A stretch of DNA of 63,704 nucleotides, filler included, from Collodictyon triciliatum (Eukaryota), in the NCBI GenBank assembly GCA_043381765.1. It is 36 parts of 36 records of this genome, joined end to end, with 100 filler letters (N's around TTAATTAATTAA, not from the genome) between each part and the next. Parts side by side here need not be neighbours in the genome. Positions count along the whole stretch, not along the records: positions 1 to 1,677 come from JBHJMP010010454.1; positions 1,778 to 3,454 come from JBHJMP010010455.1; positions 3,555 to 5,231 come from JBHJMP010010456.1; positions 5,332 to 7,008 come from JBHJMP010010457.1; positions 7,109 to 8,785 come from JBHJMP010010458.1; positions 8,886 to 10,561 come from JBHJMP010010459.1; positions 10,662 to 12,337 come from JBHJMP010010460.1; positions 12,438 to 14,113 come from JBHJMP010010461.1; 28 more parts are not named here. One strand, given 5' to 3'. Each line of letters begins with the position of its first letter. Position 1 is the first letter of the stretch. Under the pieces are notes generated by a model. That model had not been told where the DNA came from and did not search any database. It saw nothing but the letters and a program-made list of their open reading frames with translations. This document shows, piece by piece, positions 1 through 14,394 of the stretch. A program made the position numbers and the translations under genes.

Positions 1-308
1 AGACAGCGTCCACCCCACCCCACCCCTTTACCCTACAGGCAGCGTTCACCCTTCCTCCAAGACAGTATCCATCCCACCCCTTTACCCTTCAGGCAGGTGT
101 TCACCCTTCCTCCGAGACAGCGTCCAGCCCTCCACCAAGACAGCGTCCACCTCACCCCTTTACCCTTCAGGCAACGTTCACCCTTCCTCCGAGACAGCGT
201 CCACCCCACCTCCAAGACAGTGTTCGTCCTCCACCAAGACAGCGTCCATCCCACCCCTAGCCAACCTCCAAGAGAACATCCTCTCTTCCACCAAGACATC
301 CTCCACCT
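1..308. repeat. Degenerate C-rich tandem minisatellite (~57-bp and shorter units)
   Basis: Recurring AGACAGCGTCCACCCCACC / TTTACCCTTCAGGCA / GTTCACCCTTCCTCC blocks. Confidence 0.8.
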
Positions 309-734
309 GTAATGAGAGGTTATCGATTCTCAAAACACTACGATGCTTTTTGTTCTCGCCAGGAGAAAAGGAGAAAGGTAGACACAGCAAGGCGTAGGAG
401 GGTCCTTATTTATGAAAGACGCCTAGGTCTGACTCACGCTTTTGCAATGTCCACACCTCTGTTGGGAGACGGGTGACTTGTTCTCTCGTCATGTTGGCGT
501 GGCGTTCTTCCCCGAAATATCCTGGTGAGCTATATTCCAGACTTGTATAGTCCGCTGTAAAAGGGCGTCTGTTACACCACCCCTCCACCATAACAGCATC
601 CGCCCTTTCTCCAAATAATTGTCCTCTCCTCCTTCAAGACAACGTTGTATAAGGGCACCTACTGGTAACGGAAAGCGACATGAAAGGCCTTCAACACATC
701 GTGTTTATTATTGCTGTAGCAAAATAGTTTAAGC

Positions 735-735
<1 letters not shown>

Positions 736-830
<95 letters not shown>
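736..830. repeat. (AAT)n microsatellite
   Basis: Seen directly. Confidence 0.97.
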
Positions 831-832
<2 letters not shown>

Positions 833-1546
833 TAAAACCCACTCAAAAGATATATAGCAAAAAGTGGTGATTACAAGGTTGTTAGCGGTGTATGCGAACT
901 TATCCAAAGCTATTTAAAATGGGAGTCCAATTCACCAATATTAAGTTCTAATTTATTCCTGAAACATATATGCATCATCGAAATATACCAAAAAATATCT
1001 AGTCAGTTGAATTCGGTTACTTCCCAATTTTGTTTGATTGCTTGTGGTTTCCACTTGTAATTATTATGATATTTGTGCGCCATTAGTGAGACTCTGAGAT
1101 TGTATTTTTTTTTTTGCGACGAATCGGCACTTATATGAACTTTTATTTTTCTATCAGATTATGCTTTTACCATTGTAGGATAAACTGCTGGATAAACCCT
1201 TCAAATAGCGCCAAATCTTATTCAAACTCGAGGACGCCCCTCCTCTCTGTAACAACAGGCGTTGACCTTTCCACTCTGGGTTAGGTAGCTTGATAAAACA
1301 TCACCGAAAGAGTCCTAGATTAGAAAGAGAAACTAACTCGAAAAAAACCCATCAATGTTCTTAATGCATCGAATAAAAGGAAAAAAATGTTCTTAATGCA
1401 TAGTTATACCAATGTGCTCAGTTTTCTCCCACTTCACCATCCATGCATTCATTCCTCATACAAAAGGGGGTGTAGCTGGCTTCGATGTCTGATAGCGCAA
1501 ATTTGAAGTCATCTCTATTGATGGTTTATAATGCATCCCATCCATT

Positions 1547-1662
1547 TACTACCTACCTACCTACCTACCTACCTACCTACCTACCTACCTACCTACCTAC
1601 CTACCTACCTACCTACCTACCTACCTACCTACCTACCTACCTACCTACCTACCTACCTACCC
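1547..1662. repeat. (ACCT)n microsatellite
   Basis: Seen directly. Confidence 0.97.
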
Positions 1663-1677
1663 ACTTACCTGCGCATC

Positions 1678-1777
1678 NNNNNNNNNNNNNNNNNNNNNNN
1701 NNNNNNNNNNNNNNNNNNNNNTTAATTAATTAANNNNNNNNNNNNNNNNNNNNNNNNNNNNNNNNNNNNNNNNNNNN
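1678..1777. other. Artificial contig-joining linker (44 N + TTAATTAATTAA + 44 N); first of 35 such linkers
   Basis: The same 100-bp spacer recurs about every 1.77 kb. TTAATTAATTAA gives stops in all six frames. Contig lengths fall from ~1677 to ~1665 bp along the window. Confidence 0.98.
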
Positions 1778-3554
1778 TTCTTTGAATATTTTCAATAAGA
1801 TATATTGTCTCTCGTTCAATTTTTTCAGTTCTTGTTTACTTTACTGGGCATGCGCATACGTGGTTAACATCTGTGTTCATCATAGACACATTCGCCTCTT
1901 AAAAACACTTTAGAGTACTTCCACCTTTTCATGTTGTTTATGACTGAGTCCGTATTTGATGTGTCAAACTTCCTCAATGTCTAAGGTCATTTTTGCAGAA
2001 TTTGCGGTATCATTACAATACTTCTATATGTGAAGTTTGGCGCTTTTTATCTGGGCAACAAGGCAAGGTCTTATCTTTGTGGTTTAAATTTCGGAAATTC
2101 ACAATCACATTTTACATCTTTTGATCGATATACTCAATTACACTCACAGTCTTATTACGTGCCTTTCCCATTTGATGTTATATTTTCCAACACTCATACT
2201 ACTATTCTCATCCAGTTGATTGCTGACAAGTTTGATGAGACAGTGTAATACTTTGATGCAATGGTTCCACAGAATGGATAAAATTTTGGGCGACAGGCTT
2301 TCTTATAAAAAGCTATCATATTTGTAGTAAAAAAAATTTTTATCTTCGCGATAGTTGATTTAATATTTGCTGATTAATTAATTCTATATCATTAGGTGAT
2401 AAATTAATGCATGGATGAAGTAAACAGTTGAATTGTATCGTAGTCTAGAGGTGTAATATCACTATTAAAAATAAATAAATAGAAACCAGTCAAACAAAAA
2501 ATAAAGTATTAAGAGGATTGTTCTATTGAACAGAGTGTCCTTATTTTCAAGCCAAAAATATAAAATTGATGGCGCTCTGACATTAGAGACAAAGATGCAA
2601 CTAAAAAAATAATTTATTCAAGATCGTGACTCCATCTGAGAATTATTGGATGTAAATAGAGCTAAATCGTCATGAACATCAATCATATGGAATAATATGC
2701 AGAAATTAGCTAAAAATATGCCATATACAGCAGTTCTTGCACAAGCAGATTACCTGGGCAAAGTCTCTGCCTGCAATCATGTATTGAAATGATAATGTTA
2801 AGGAACGCAAATATTATAGTCTCGTAACCACAGATTGTAAATAAGGAGAAAAAAGGAATAAGTAGCACAGAAAGTCAAAAGTGTATCTTATGAGCAGCAT
2901 ATATCAATAAAACAACATTTTATTAATTTTGATGAACGAGGTTGCTCCTGTACAAATAATTAAAACTGGCAAGGATTAAAAGAAGACTTTTGGTACGGTT
3001 CCATTGGTCCTATAACTTTTTAATTTTTTAAAAAGTCAGATACAAATGAATATGTCATATACCAAATTTATTAAGTTGGATGTTCATGGTGATTGAGTGA
3101 GACGCCATTATTTAAGCGGCGCGTAAATCAAGCCTTCGAGAATCACCACGCTACGATTGAATTAATTGCCCATTTTTGGGAAGCTTACTCTGTACAATAA
3201 TTGTACACTTGATGGAAAATTTGATAGAAAAATACTTTGTAATCTAAACAAGTATATATTGTCGACCTTTTGGTGCGTGCACAGTTTGTCATGCGAATAT
3301 TCTCTTTGTTTCCAAAGTAGAGATATTTTCTTACTTTATTCGAATAAAGGAAAGAAAGGGTTTATGGGAGAATTTATTATTGAGGTTTCAATCAATTTTA
3401 AACATACTTTTTTTGTTATTTAATGTATTTTTCATTCATTCAAAATTTTGATTTNNNNNNNNNNNNNNNNNNNNNNNNNNNNNNNNNNNNNNNNNNNNTT
3501 AATTAATTAANNNNNNNNNNNNNNNNNNNNNNNNNNNNNNNNNNNNNNNNNNNN

Positions 3555-5231
3555 GTAAATGTTGGACCCCTACGCTGTTCTTGTTGCGTTTCATCTACAT
3601 ATTCATATTGATACTCCGGTTCATCTAAATCTTGTGGGTCTGCACGTATTATTTGCAAACCTTGAATATAAGGGTCATCTTCATCTTCTTTTTCATAATC
3701 CGTTGCTATTAAAGCTTTTTCATATTCATTTTCAATCATCGGCTCATATTCTAATAATAATAATGGTGGTGATTGAGTTTGTACTGTGGACTGGGTGCTA
3801 CTTGAGGAACCTGGTGGAAGTCGTAATTCATATGGAACCATTTCATTGTAATACTCAGGACCTTTTATAGGTAATCCTTTTTTTTGATATATCTCTATAA
3901 TTTTTTGTGTTGGTGCAATTGAAACATCATATGAGTATTTATGTGTAGTCATTCCTCCTCCTTCTTTTTGAGTTTTGTCCTCAATAACTTCTATAAAGCG
4001 GTTTCGAATCGGCGCAGGTAATTGTTTTTCTATTATATATTCAAATCTAAAATTTAAATCATATTGATCTACTTTTACATCTTTTACACCATCTCTATAA
4101 TTATATGGAGTCATAAAATATTCATTTCTTGGTAATTTTTCTTCTTCTTCCTGTGATATATATATTCTAGGGTTATGTAATTTTTCATAAACAGCAACAC
4201 TACTCATGCAAATTTTATAAAAATCAACAGGCATACCTTTTTTTGCAATATGTAGTTCTTTTAAAAATTCAAGGCGTCGTTCATTTTCTGGTTTTTTAAG
4301 GACTCTATCCATTGATGTCATAAATTGGGGCATTGTTGCAAAAGTTACAGCATTTAAACTGCCAGGACCAAGTTTAAAATCGCTTATTGCTCTTTGGTCT
4401 TTTTCTGAAGGTGTATTCCATACAATCTGAAGATATTTATCCCAAAGTTGATCCACACCATTGACTATCATTCCATGCGGATAATTCCCTGATTTAGCTG
4501 TTGACTTTTGAATTCTTTCTAGAAATGTGGAAAAATCATCATCAAATATAGGTCTCAAATATTTATTATAAAACTGTTCCATAGTTAATTTTTCAGTGGG
4601 AAACAAATTTCGAGCTAGACTTGTTTGGGGTGAGGGTCCAGGTGTTAAAACTGTATCTGGTCGTGACGGAGAAATAGAAATAGGAGTTTTTGCTGGCGTC
4701 CGCAGTTTTGATACAGGTGTTTGAGGAGCAACAAATCGTGATTTACCCTCATGAAATATAAGTTGTATTTCTTCGTTAATAAAACGTTCACCTGTTTCCA
4801 ATTTTTCTTTAGCTCTTTTTTCAATAACTCCTATTTTAGCTGATAAACTAGCGTACTTGTCTAATAATAATAATCTTTCTTGTGATTCAGGTAGCTGTCC
4901 TTTAATATTTTCAACATTACCACGTAATGCTGCTTTAAATTTTCTAATTTCATAATTCAAATCATAAAGTGCTGCATTCTTTTTTACCACATCTATAGTT
5001 TTTACTACATTTTCCCCCAGTTTAGCTATATTTATTAGGTCATTATATAATTTTGCTATATCGTGTTGTTCGTCATTTATAATTGCCTCTCGTTCACTTA
5101 TTGGTGTAATTTCACCTGGTAGTCTTTTGGGTGTTACTGGCTTTTGAGGCAACGCTGGATTTGTTGGATTTACCCGAGTTTCGTCTTCAATCCGAGCCAT
5201 CAATGTATCATTTAATTTAAAAAGCAACTCT
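3555..5231 (-). CDS. Intronless contig-spanning ORF (~558 aa, open at both ends), unknown function, possibly viral
   Basis: Uninterrupted frame across an AT-rich contig, with no introns or microsatellites, unlike host genes here. Many S/T-P motifs and an acidic, Tyr-rich C-terminal part. Confidence 0.75.
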
Positions 5232-5603
5232 NNNNNNNNNNNNNNNNNNNNNNNNNNNNNNNNNNNNNNNNNNNNTTAATTAATTAANNNNNNNNNNNNN
5301 NNNNNNNNNNNNNNNNNNNNNNNNNNNNNNNGAAAAAAAGAAAAGAAAAAAAGAAAAGAAAAAAAGAAAAGAAAAAAAGAAAAGAAAAAAAGAAAAGAAA
5401 AAAAGAAAAGAAAAAAAGAAAAGAAAAAAAGAAAAGAAAAAAAGAAAAAGGAATAAGAAGAGGACAAAAATAAGCAAAAGTAAAAGCTTTTTGCCACATG
5501 ACTCTTTTGTGATTTCATAAATAAATGAATTAAAAATGAAAAAATAGGTTGTAATCAAACGAAAAAACAAAAACAAAGAAGCAGAAGTCAATAAAGTGAA
5601 ACC

Positions 5604-6769
5604 ATGGCCACCGGACGATCGCGCTGGGATTCCCTTCCCGAGTACCTCAGACAATATCGTTTCCCTTCCGAGGCAAAAGAGCAACTTTTAAGGGTTCAGA
5701 CGCGCTACCAAAACCTGCAACCAGAGATCCAACCATATGGTATTTTTCTAAGTTTGCATATGGTTAAATATGACGGCTGATACCGCTGATTCTTGTGACT
5801 CTTTCTTAATTCCCTTTACTTCTTCGTTATTTTTTGAAGTTGACATGCGACATCAACAATAAGAATCAAATATACCATAGCGTTTCGACGTTAACATTTT
5901 ACACTTGTCTTTCTTTCCATTCCTTGTAATTCATTTACTCTGTTGGTTTTTTAAAAAAATGTATTTGAATAGTCCCATGTACCTTCCGTAGAACATATCA
6001 TCCAAAAAACATTTGTCCCATTACCAAACCATAACTTTGTACACTTTGTTAAATATCTTTTTAACGGCGATAGTAAGATGACAATTTATATTCGGTTGGT
6101 AAACTTTCATTTTTTTTAAATGCGGGTCATTTTCTTAGTGATGAAAGGTCAATCGAAGCCCCAGAACCTGATTGCTTTAGTCGGAACTGTTCCTGTCCAT
6201 AATCAAGGTTCGTGTAGTTCAATCGACTTCTTGGATATTTTGATTTTTTTTTAAATTTGTTTGAATATTCAGTTCTGGTCATTTCGGGAAACAACAAGTG
6301 GGTATGAAATCAAAGTTATGGTCAATCTCTTAAGATTTCTACCTGAATACTCTACATAGGAAAACAATATAACATACCTGTGAAGATTTATTTACCGGAT
6401 ATTTTCCCTCGCGCCAGTCCTATTATTTATCTGAACCCTACCCCAGGTTTCCTTCATATTCCCATGCCTTTTCTCTCCCAAATAAATATGTTTGATTTTA
6501 TGCATATGTTTAGTGATGAGCCATTCCGTACCTTTTTTTTTTTTTTTTATACTGCACATCTCTTGTTCATTGTTAATTGATCATCCATTAAGCAAACAAC
6601 ATATATCGCATCATATAGACATGACATTCAACTCTGCGAACCGAATGGTCGCAGCCAACGGAGAGTTTATTTTTCCAGAATTACAAAGTTGGGGTCCCTC
6701 AAAGAAATTTGATATTGTACTCGACAATATTTGCCGTTCATTTGGAGACTTGACTCCTCTCGTTACTAG
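5604..6769 (+). CDS. UEV-domain protein, TSG101/Vps23-like (5' part, 4 exons)
   Basis: Spliced exons read MATGRSRWDSLPEYLRQYRFP..., LIALVGTVPVHNQG, KQYNIPVKIYLPDIFPRASPIIYLNPTP, MVAANGEFIFPELQSW...FGDLTPL. This fits the TSG101 UEV pattern GT(I/V)PV...YNIP(V/I)xxxLxxxxPxxxP. Confidence 0.75.
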
Positions 6770-6910
6770 GTATGTTTTTGCACGTATACCAACTTTATAT
6801 GTCTGTATGTCTTTGTTATTCAGTCTGTATGCTTATTACATTTAGCTTCCTTTTAGCTAGTGTAACTAACATACAACCAATTAGTTGCATGGTTTTCTCC
6901 ATAGCTACCC

Positions 6911-7001
<91 letters not shown>

Positions 7002-7108
7002 CATTATTNNNNNNNNNNNNNNNNNNNNNNNNNNNNNNNNNNNNNNNNNNNNTTAATTAATTAANNNNNNNNNNNNNNNNNNNNNNNNNNNNNNNNNNNN
7101 NNNNNNNN

Positions 7109-8785
7109 CGACAGAACGTTAAAACGCATTAATAATCTATTGGCTTTTGGAGGCCGTAGCCTCCGGTGGTTGGCCCTCTCCGCTGGAGCTGGGTTGCTCA
7201 GAGTGGGATGGTTTACTCGAGTTATCATTCATTTGGCCGGTGTTATGATTGCTCGCGGTTCAGTCAGGATTTTTCGTATGGTATTGGGCTTTTGGCTGCA
7301 CCCCCTTTGTAGCTGGTGTGTTGGGATATGCACTCTGTTGGTCATCAGCAATCATCGATTCCAATTTTTCTCCCTCATCCACGCGGTAGGCAGGGCCAAC
7401 CATGTTACCGCTTTCATTCTGGCTTGCTTTCTGGCTCGCTATATTCGGTGGTGTACTTGACTGATTCACTCTCTTTTCATCGGGTGAGGCTTTATCTTCG
7501 ACTGTTTCGGTCTTTTTTGGCGCTAGTGATTGCAAGATGAGTAACCGGTGTTTTATATTCGTCTACGTTTCTTTTTCTTGGATAGGAAGCCGTTTCTCGC
7601 TGGGGAGTCGCAAGCATTTCGACAGCAGGTCTGGTCCCATAAACAGTACTTGAGGAGTAATTCGTTGTTCCCGAAGCTTCAAGGTGCTCACTTTCTTCTT
7701 CAGCAGAACCTTCTATGGTGACGACAGGTTGGATGGACTGTTGTTCTTCCAATCCCGACTCTGGGACGTTGCTTATGGATTGTGTAGTACTTGCTGAAGA
7801 AAGAGTCTCTTGGGTAGTTCCAGGAGCCATGACATCTAAGGAGGCTGGTGACAGCGGTTTGCTGGGTGCCATTATGCTGTTTCCCGATTCTGTTACCGAG
7901 TTGGCTTGGGCTTCCCTTTCCTCGGCGACCTCTCCATGGTTTAAAGGAGAGCTTGGTGGGCTATCATCGGCTTGGGGAGGTTGGGAATCTTGGAGGCTAG
8001 CGATGTTTCCTCCAATTCTTAGATAGAGCGATTCCATTACTGATATCATTTCTCCGTGTTCATTGGCGAACTTGATGAAGCACTTTCGAACAAACCGCCT
8101 GGTGTTTCGTCCATCATTTCGATATCCATTTCTTGATTTTGGGGCCGTTCTTGAACCTTTGTCTTGATTGAGACTTCGAGCACTTCATGTGCGGGTTTCT
8201 TGTCACGATGTCTCCCTCTGGTGCTAGAAGAAGATGCGCCTTGATTTTGGCCTTGTTTGTGGGCTCTGGGCTTGTTTTGCACAGACGATTCCTGCACGCT
8301 TGGCCAGTATTTAGCGACAAGATCGGCTACTTTTGTGTTGAAGCCCGAGAAGCGAGTGGTGGCGTTTTGTTTATTGGTGGCCGCTTGTTTGGTGGTGATT
8401 GGTTTGGCAGCAGTTTTTTTTTTGTGTTTTGACCTTCTGTATCATTTCCTTCTTTGTTGGGGAGAGTTGATGGGATGTCAGACTTTTTGAGGGCGCGTAT
8501 CTCCACGCGACAGCGTCTGTCATGAATGACGACAAAGGGAGATATTTTCACCACTTTTTCCTGTTATTTGAAAAAAAATAACGAGTGCATCATTCATGCA
8601 TATTCCTCCAGGCTTTGTCAAGTTGACTTTGATTGGGGTGAAGTATTCGCTGCAGGCTTCGAAAATGTCAGTCCAGCTACACCCAGCGGTATGTTAGACA
8701 GGTGCGCAACCTTTGTGACAGTTTTTGCTGGCATGGGAGTGTATTGGTGATTGAGGAGCTTAAACGACCCCTCCTTAATGAAGGC
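7109..8785 (-). pseudogene. Frameshifted intronless ORF, probable non-LTR retrotransposon ORF1 (RRM-like domain plus long disordered tail)
   Basis: Successive overlapping minus-strand frames. The N-terminal part reads KVAHLSNIPLGV/WTDIFEACSEYFTPIKVNL...DALVIF/KISPFVVIHDRRCRVEIR (RRM-like), followed by S/Q/E/P-rich sequence. No introns. Confidence 0.45.
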
Positions 8786-8885
8786 NNNNNNNNNNNNNNN
8801 NNNNNNNNNNNNNNNNNNNNNNNNNNNNNTTAATTAATTAANNNNNNNNNNNNNNNNNNNNNNNNNNNNNNNNNNNNNNNNNNNN

Positions 8886-8995
<110 letters not shown>

Positions 8996-9483
8996 GAGCA
9001 GCAACAGTAGAACTATGACACGCCATCACTTGAGAACTCAGCTCACTCTGGCGGAAGTCCGATTATACCCGGCCCTGCGCTCTTCATTGACGACTCGATT
9101 TGGCGTATCCCGCCCGCACATACCGCTTCGAATGGACTTTGACGGGCCGCATGGCTGCGAGAGAGCCGATTCATTTGCACGGCCCAAGCGTCACACACAT
9201 AGACACACGCAGCTCCAAGCAGGCCTAAGCAACTAAAGAACACGAGTGAGCAAGAAAGAAAAAAGAAAAAAAGGAGCAGTTCTTGCACACCTTAAACCTC
9301 GAATCAATGCGGGCATTCTTTCACCCGACCAGATACCCAGCAAGGCCAGTTGGACAAAAGCCGCATAATGTATACTTAGTCTAGAATAAAAATATCAATT
9401 TGTGTGTTTATGACCAGAAAGAAAGACAAGAAAAGGAGGAACCATCACAAACAAAGAGGAAACCCGGTTGATTTGATTCTCTG

Positions 9484-10347
<864 letters not shown>

Positions 10348-12437
10348 GTTGGGTTAAAATGAACATCTTTGTGATACAATTTTCCACCTCTTCTTCTTTA
10401 TTTCTATGTCTATGTCTATCTCTCTCTCTATATCTATCATTATCTCTATCTCTATCTCTATCTCTATCTCTATCTCTATCTCTATCTCTATCTCTATCTC
10501 TATCTCTATCTCTATCTCTATCTCTATCTCTATCTCTATCTCTATCTCTATCTCTATCTCTNNNNNNNNNNNNNNNNNNNNNNNNNNNNNNNNNNNNNNN
10601 NNNNNTTAATTAATTAANNNNNNNNNNNNNNNNNNNNNNNNNNNNNNNNNNNNNNNNNNNNAAAATTATAAAACTTCATATCTCCCGTGGCGCTGAGGAA
10701 AGACTGCCAGTCCACGACCCGAATAACCCGGAACCTTTCTAATGGAAGAACTGGATTTTATAATATGAAAAGCCATTAGGGGATTTAGACTCTTCGCGAC
10801 CATTTTCTAGCAGGAAAGAAGCTTCTTCTGCAATTCTTTTCAAAGTAACGCATGAAAAAAAGACACGCTTTGGGGGTCAAACAGTATTTATTCGCATTAC
10901 ACAAAAGCGATTTTTCTCATTTTATTCCTATGTAAGTGATTGTGACCTCAATTGGGAAAGAAATTGGTGAATACTGGATGACAAGGACTTAACCTGACTT
11001 AAACATGAGCGAAACCACCCTCAGAGTCAGTGTTGTGTGTTTCTTGCTTGTGATTAATAAATCCATGTTCAGAGTTTTGAAAAATATAAAAGGCAGAGCC
11101 AGTGTTCGCGGCATCAGCTATATACAATTGTGGAATATAACAATTGATGACGAAGTTGATTACGAATGCCCTAATTTGGATACCAATTATGGAATTTATA
11201 ATAAATAATCATAATTAGGCATATTATAGATTACTATTGTTAATGCGTACTAAATTTCAAAATGAAAATGTAAAGTATAGGCGACTTAAGGCTGCAAGCT
11301 CAACACTAACCGTCCTTGTTGTAGCATGTAGTTGGACAGTGATTAGAACAATAAATAATTATAGCATAGAACAAAAGAATCGTTTTCATCTAAATCTTTT
11401 TCCAAAACTCTGAACGACGCCACCACTACAGCATGCATATTGAAAGCAGAGAGAGGAAAACAAGAGTATTACAGTAGGTAATATTAAAAAAGCCATGTGC
11501 GATGCGCATATTTCGGGTGATGGGTCAGTTTATGTCTGATTGAAAGACCAAATCAAAGCATAAGTTGAGACTTGAGGTGTTTTATACTCAACTGTGACTC
11601 TTACTAAAAAGCAGACGCATTTCACTTGGAAGTTCTTGTTGGCATCCGTATTTTGGACCTCGATATTCTTCCTTCTTGTTTCTGGAAGTGGCGGGGGAAG
11701 CCCTCACATGTGTCTATTTTTCGATTTTTATCCGACAGATTTTCAAAATTTCTGTAACATCTTACATCAGTTCCCCTTCTACAAATCGCTGCTTTCTATT
11801 CTTATGCCCTTCCTAATCTCCTGGTTGAAATATTCGAAATCAGCTTCCTTTCATGCATCGTCTGTGAGAGGAGTTAACAATTTCTCATAAAACTAATATG
11901 TAAACAGCCAAAACCGAAAATGTCGCATTTTTTTAATATCGAATGTTCCGCTCAAATGCGACAGTATTTTGTTTTCGTGATTATACCAGATATTACAACC
12001 GCATTTTTTTAAGTGGCTTGATGGGTTAAAATCCTTCATCCTTTTAAACCAACATTGTCTAGTTGCAAATCTCAGCAAATTATACCTCTAAGAATAAGCT
12101 GCACGAATCTATTGTTGGCAAACGGAGATGGGCTCCTTGGTTTCTTGGCCAGAGCCTAAAAGTCTAAAAATAGAAAAGTTCGACGCTACATCTCATAACT
12201 TTTATGCCTTCGCATTTTACTGCACAAGATAATCCTTAGAAACAATAAAACAATAAAACAATAAAACAATAAAACAATAAAACAATAAAACAATAAAACA
12301 ATAAAACAATAAAACAATAAAACAATAAAACAATAAANNNNNNNNNNNNNNNNNNNNNNNNNNNNNNNNNNNNNNNNNNNNTTAATTAATTAANNNNNNN
12401 NNNNNNNNNNNNNNNNNNNNNNNNNNNNNNNNNNNNN

Positions 12438-12552
12438 AATAAACGAATAAACGAATAAACGAATAAACGAATAAACGAATAAACGAATAAACGAATAAAC
12501 GAATAAACGAATAAACGAATAAACGAATAAACGAATAAACGAATAAACGAAT
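12438..12552. repeat. (AATAAACG)n 8-bp tandem repeat
   Basis: Seen directly; lies in the first intron of MLH1. Confidence 0.95.
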
Positions 12553-12708
12553 AAATAAGTAATAAACAAATAAGTAAAAAAACGAATAAATACGTAAACA
12601 GATAAATAACTAATGGATTCTATGACAGAATGGTAAGTTGTGGCAGCAGCCTCGCGGAAATATGTGTGGCTTGCAGAGAAGTTTGCCTGCGGACTGCAAA
12701 AGACAAAC

Positions 12709-12783
12709 CTCGCCCGCTGCAATGCGATTCACCACCGTCGGATCCAACCGCACGATTCTCCTTGGAGGTTCCGCCGCCGCCAT
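12709..12783 (-). CDS. MLH1: DNA mismatch repair protein MLH1, first exon
   Basis: MAAAEPPRRIVRLDPTVVNRIAAGE followed by a GT donor; IxxLDxxVVNRIAAGE is the MLH1 N-terminal signature. Confidence 0.9.
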
Positions 12784-13311
12784 CTCGAGTTGTTCAGGTT
12801 GATGATATGGATATGTTGGTCGCTTACTTCCTGGAGCAATTATCATCTTGCGTGGCACATTTTCTGCCTTTGAGCATCATTTATTTCAGCGCGGCTTCGC
12901 CGAAGGGAATCACTCGCCGAGGCCAAAGGCAGACACACGAACGAAAGGAGACCGCCACCTGCAACTCTTGCGGCAGAGCACGGGCGTCCGAAAACTGCAG
13001 AATAACCCGGGCTTTTCTCGCCTTAGACATGGCGTCCACAAGAGACACACTCCGGGAAAACACAAACGCACACATCCCGATGCAGTCGGGCAGCCGCAGT
13101 CTAATCTTAGCTGCTTCTGCGAGATGCGCGATGTAGACACGAGTCATGTGGGGAAGACACTCATTCATCGAGGCCGGCAGACGGAGGCTCTTTCCCTTCC
13201 CTTTTCATCCCGACACATACGACTGCTGGATGCAAACAAGTTCTCGGCCTCGGCAAGATATCGCCGTCTCTTTTATGAGGCGCTGCTTTGGCCATAAGGC
13301 GTCTGTCCCCC

Positions 13312-13957
13312 TTACAAGTGTGTGTCTTCGGGGTGGTAGCTCTCGGTAAGAAGTCGGTAGATGTAAGACGGATTGAAAGACCCGCTGGCAGACAAAACTA
13401 ATCAGGCAACGAAAAAAGATGGGCAAAGGGATCAAATGGGCACAATGACTTACGCGTTCGTGATAAACAGGTTGATCAAGTTTGGCGGGACGTAGTCATA
13501 TGTGGGGTTGATGACATTGACGCCGTCCAGGTATTCGGCTGCATTTTGCATCAGTCTTCAGCGTGTGGGCGGTGAGACACGGGTCAACACACACGGTACT
13601 TTGGTCGATATTAAAAATAAAAAAAAAAAAAAAGGGAAAAAGGGCAAAAGGAAAGGAATGGATTTTGCCCCTGCATTTTCGAAATACCTCCTTGGAAGCT
13701 TAGGACGGCAGAGGGGTCTCCAAGGTCCCCAAAAGTGTCGTATTCATAGGCATGCAAAGGAGAGAGTTTGTACTGTGGTGATGATTCCCCAAATAAATTC
13801 GCATGAGAAACACATCATACTTGCACGGACTTATGCAACAGTGTGATTTGGGTACGAACCAAGCCAGTAAGGACAATGAAAGGAACAGAATGTTGACTAG
13901 CAGCAAGGGCGATCAAATGGCCTCCAGAGGGAGATATCAGCCCACCATCAGCAACAA
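13312..13957 (-). CDS. EIF2B2: Translation initiation factor eIF2B beta subunit, 3' part (4 exons)
   Basis: VVADGGLISPSGGHLIALAASQHSVPFIVLTGL|YKLSP...; VINPTYDYVPPNLINLFITN; GSFNPSYIYRLLTESYHPEDTHL* matches the eIF2B-beta C-terminus. Confidence 0.9.
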
Positions 13958-14213
13958 CTGGCCCGATGAAACAAACATTTAAATATGCGAGTGTACGCTT
14001 TCGTTCGTCCACGACAAAAAACAAAAACAAAAACAAAAACAAAAACAAAAACAAAAACAAAAACAAAAACAAAAACAAAAACAAAAACAAAAACAAAAAC
14101 AAAAACAAAAACANNNNNNNNNNNNNNNNNNNNNNNNNNNNNNNNNNNNNNNNNNNNTTAATTAATTAANNNNNNNNNNNNNNNNNNNNNNNNNNNNNNN
14201 NNNNNNNNNNNNN

Positions 14214-14312
<99 letters not shown>

Positions 14313-14394
14313 GAAACAAAATGACGACGAAACTGAAATGTTGATGACCCCACCCACATATTTGCGTACTCGTGGTGTGCTGCGAAAATACTAG

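Noticed and set aside
659-907. Poly-Leu/Ile/Phe/Asn and other periodic ORFs in the ORF track (this one and many more)
   Set aside because: They are translations of microsatellites or N runs, not credible proteins.
1678-1777. Regularly spaced identical TTAATTAATTAA motif as a biological repeat array
   Set aside because: It is always embedded in 44+44 Ns and is an assembly concatenation linker.
1778-3454. Degenerate coding sequence in AT-rich contigs (also 10662-12337, 44375-46042, 49776-51343, 60274-61939)
   Set aside because: I found no sustained frame or recognisable motif to support a call.
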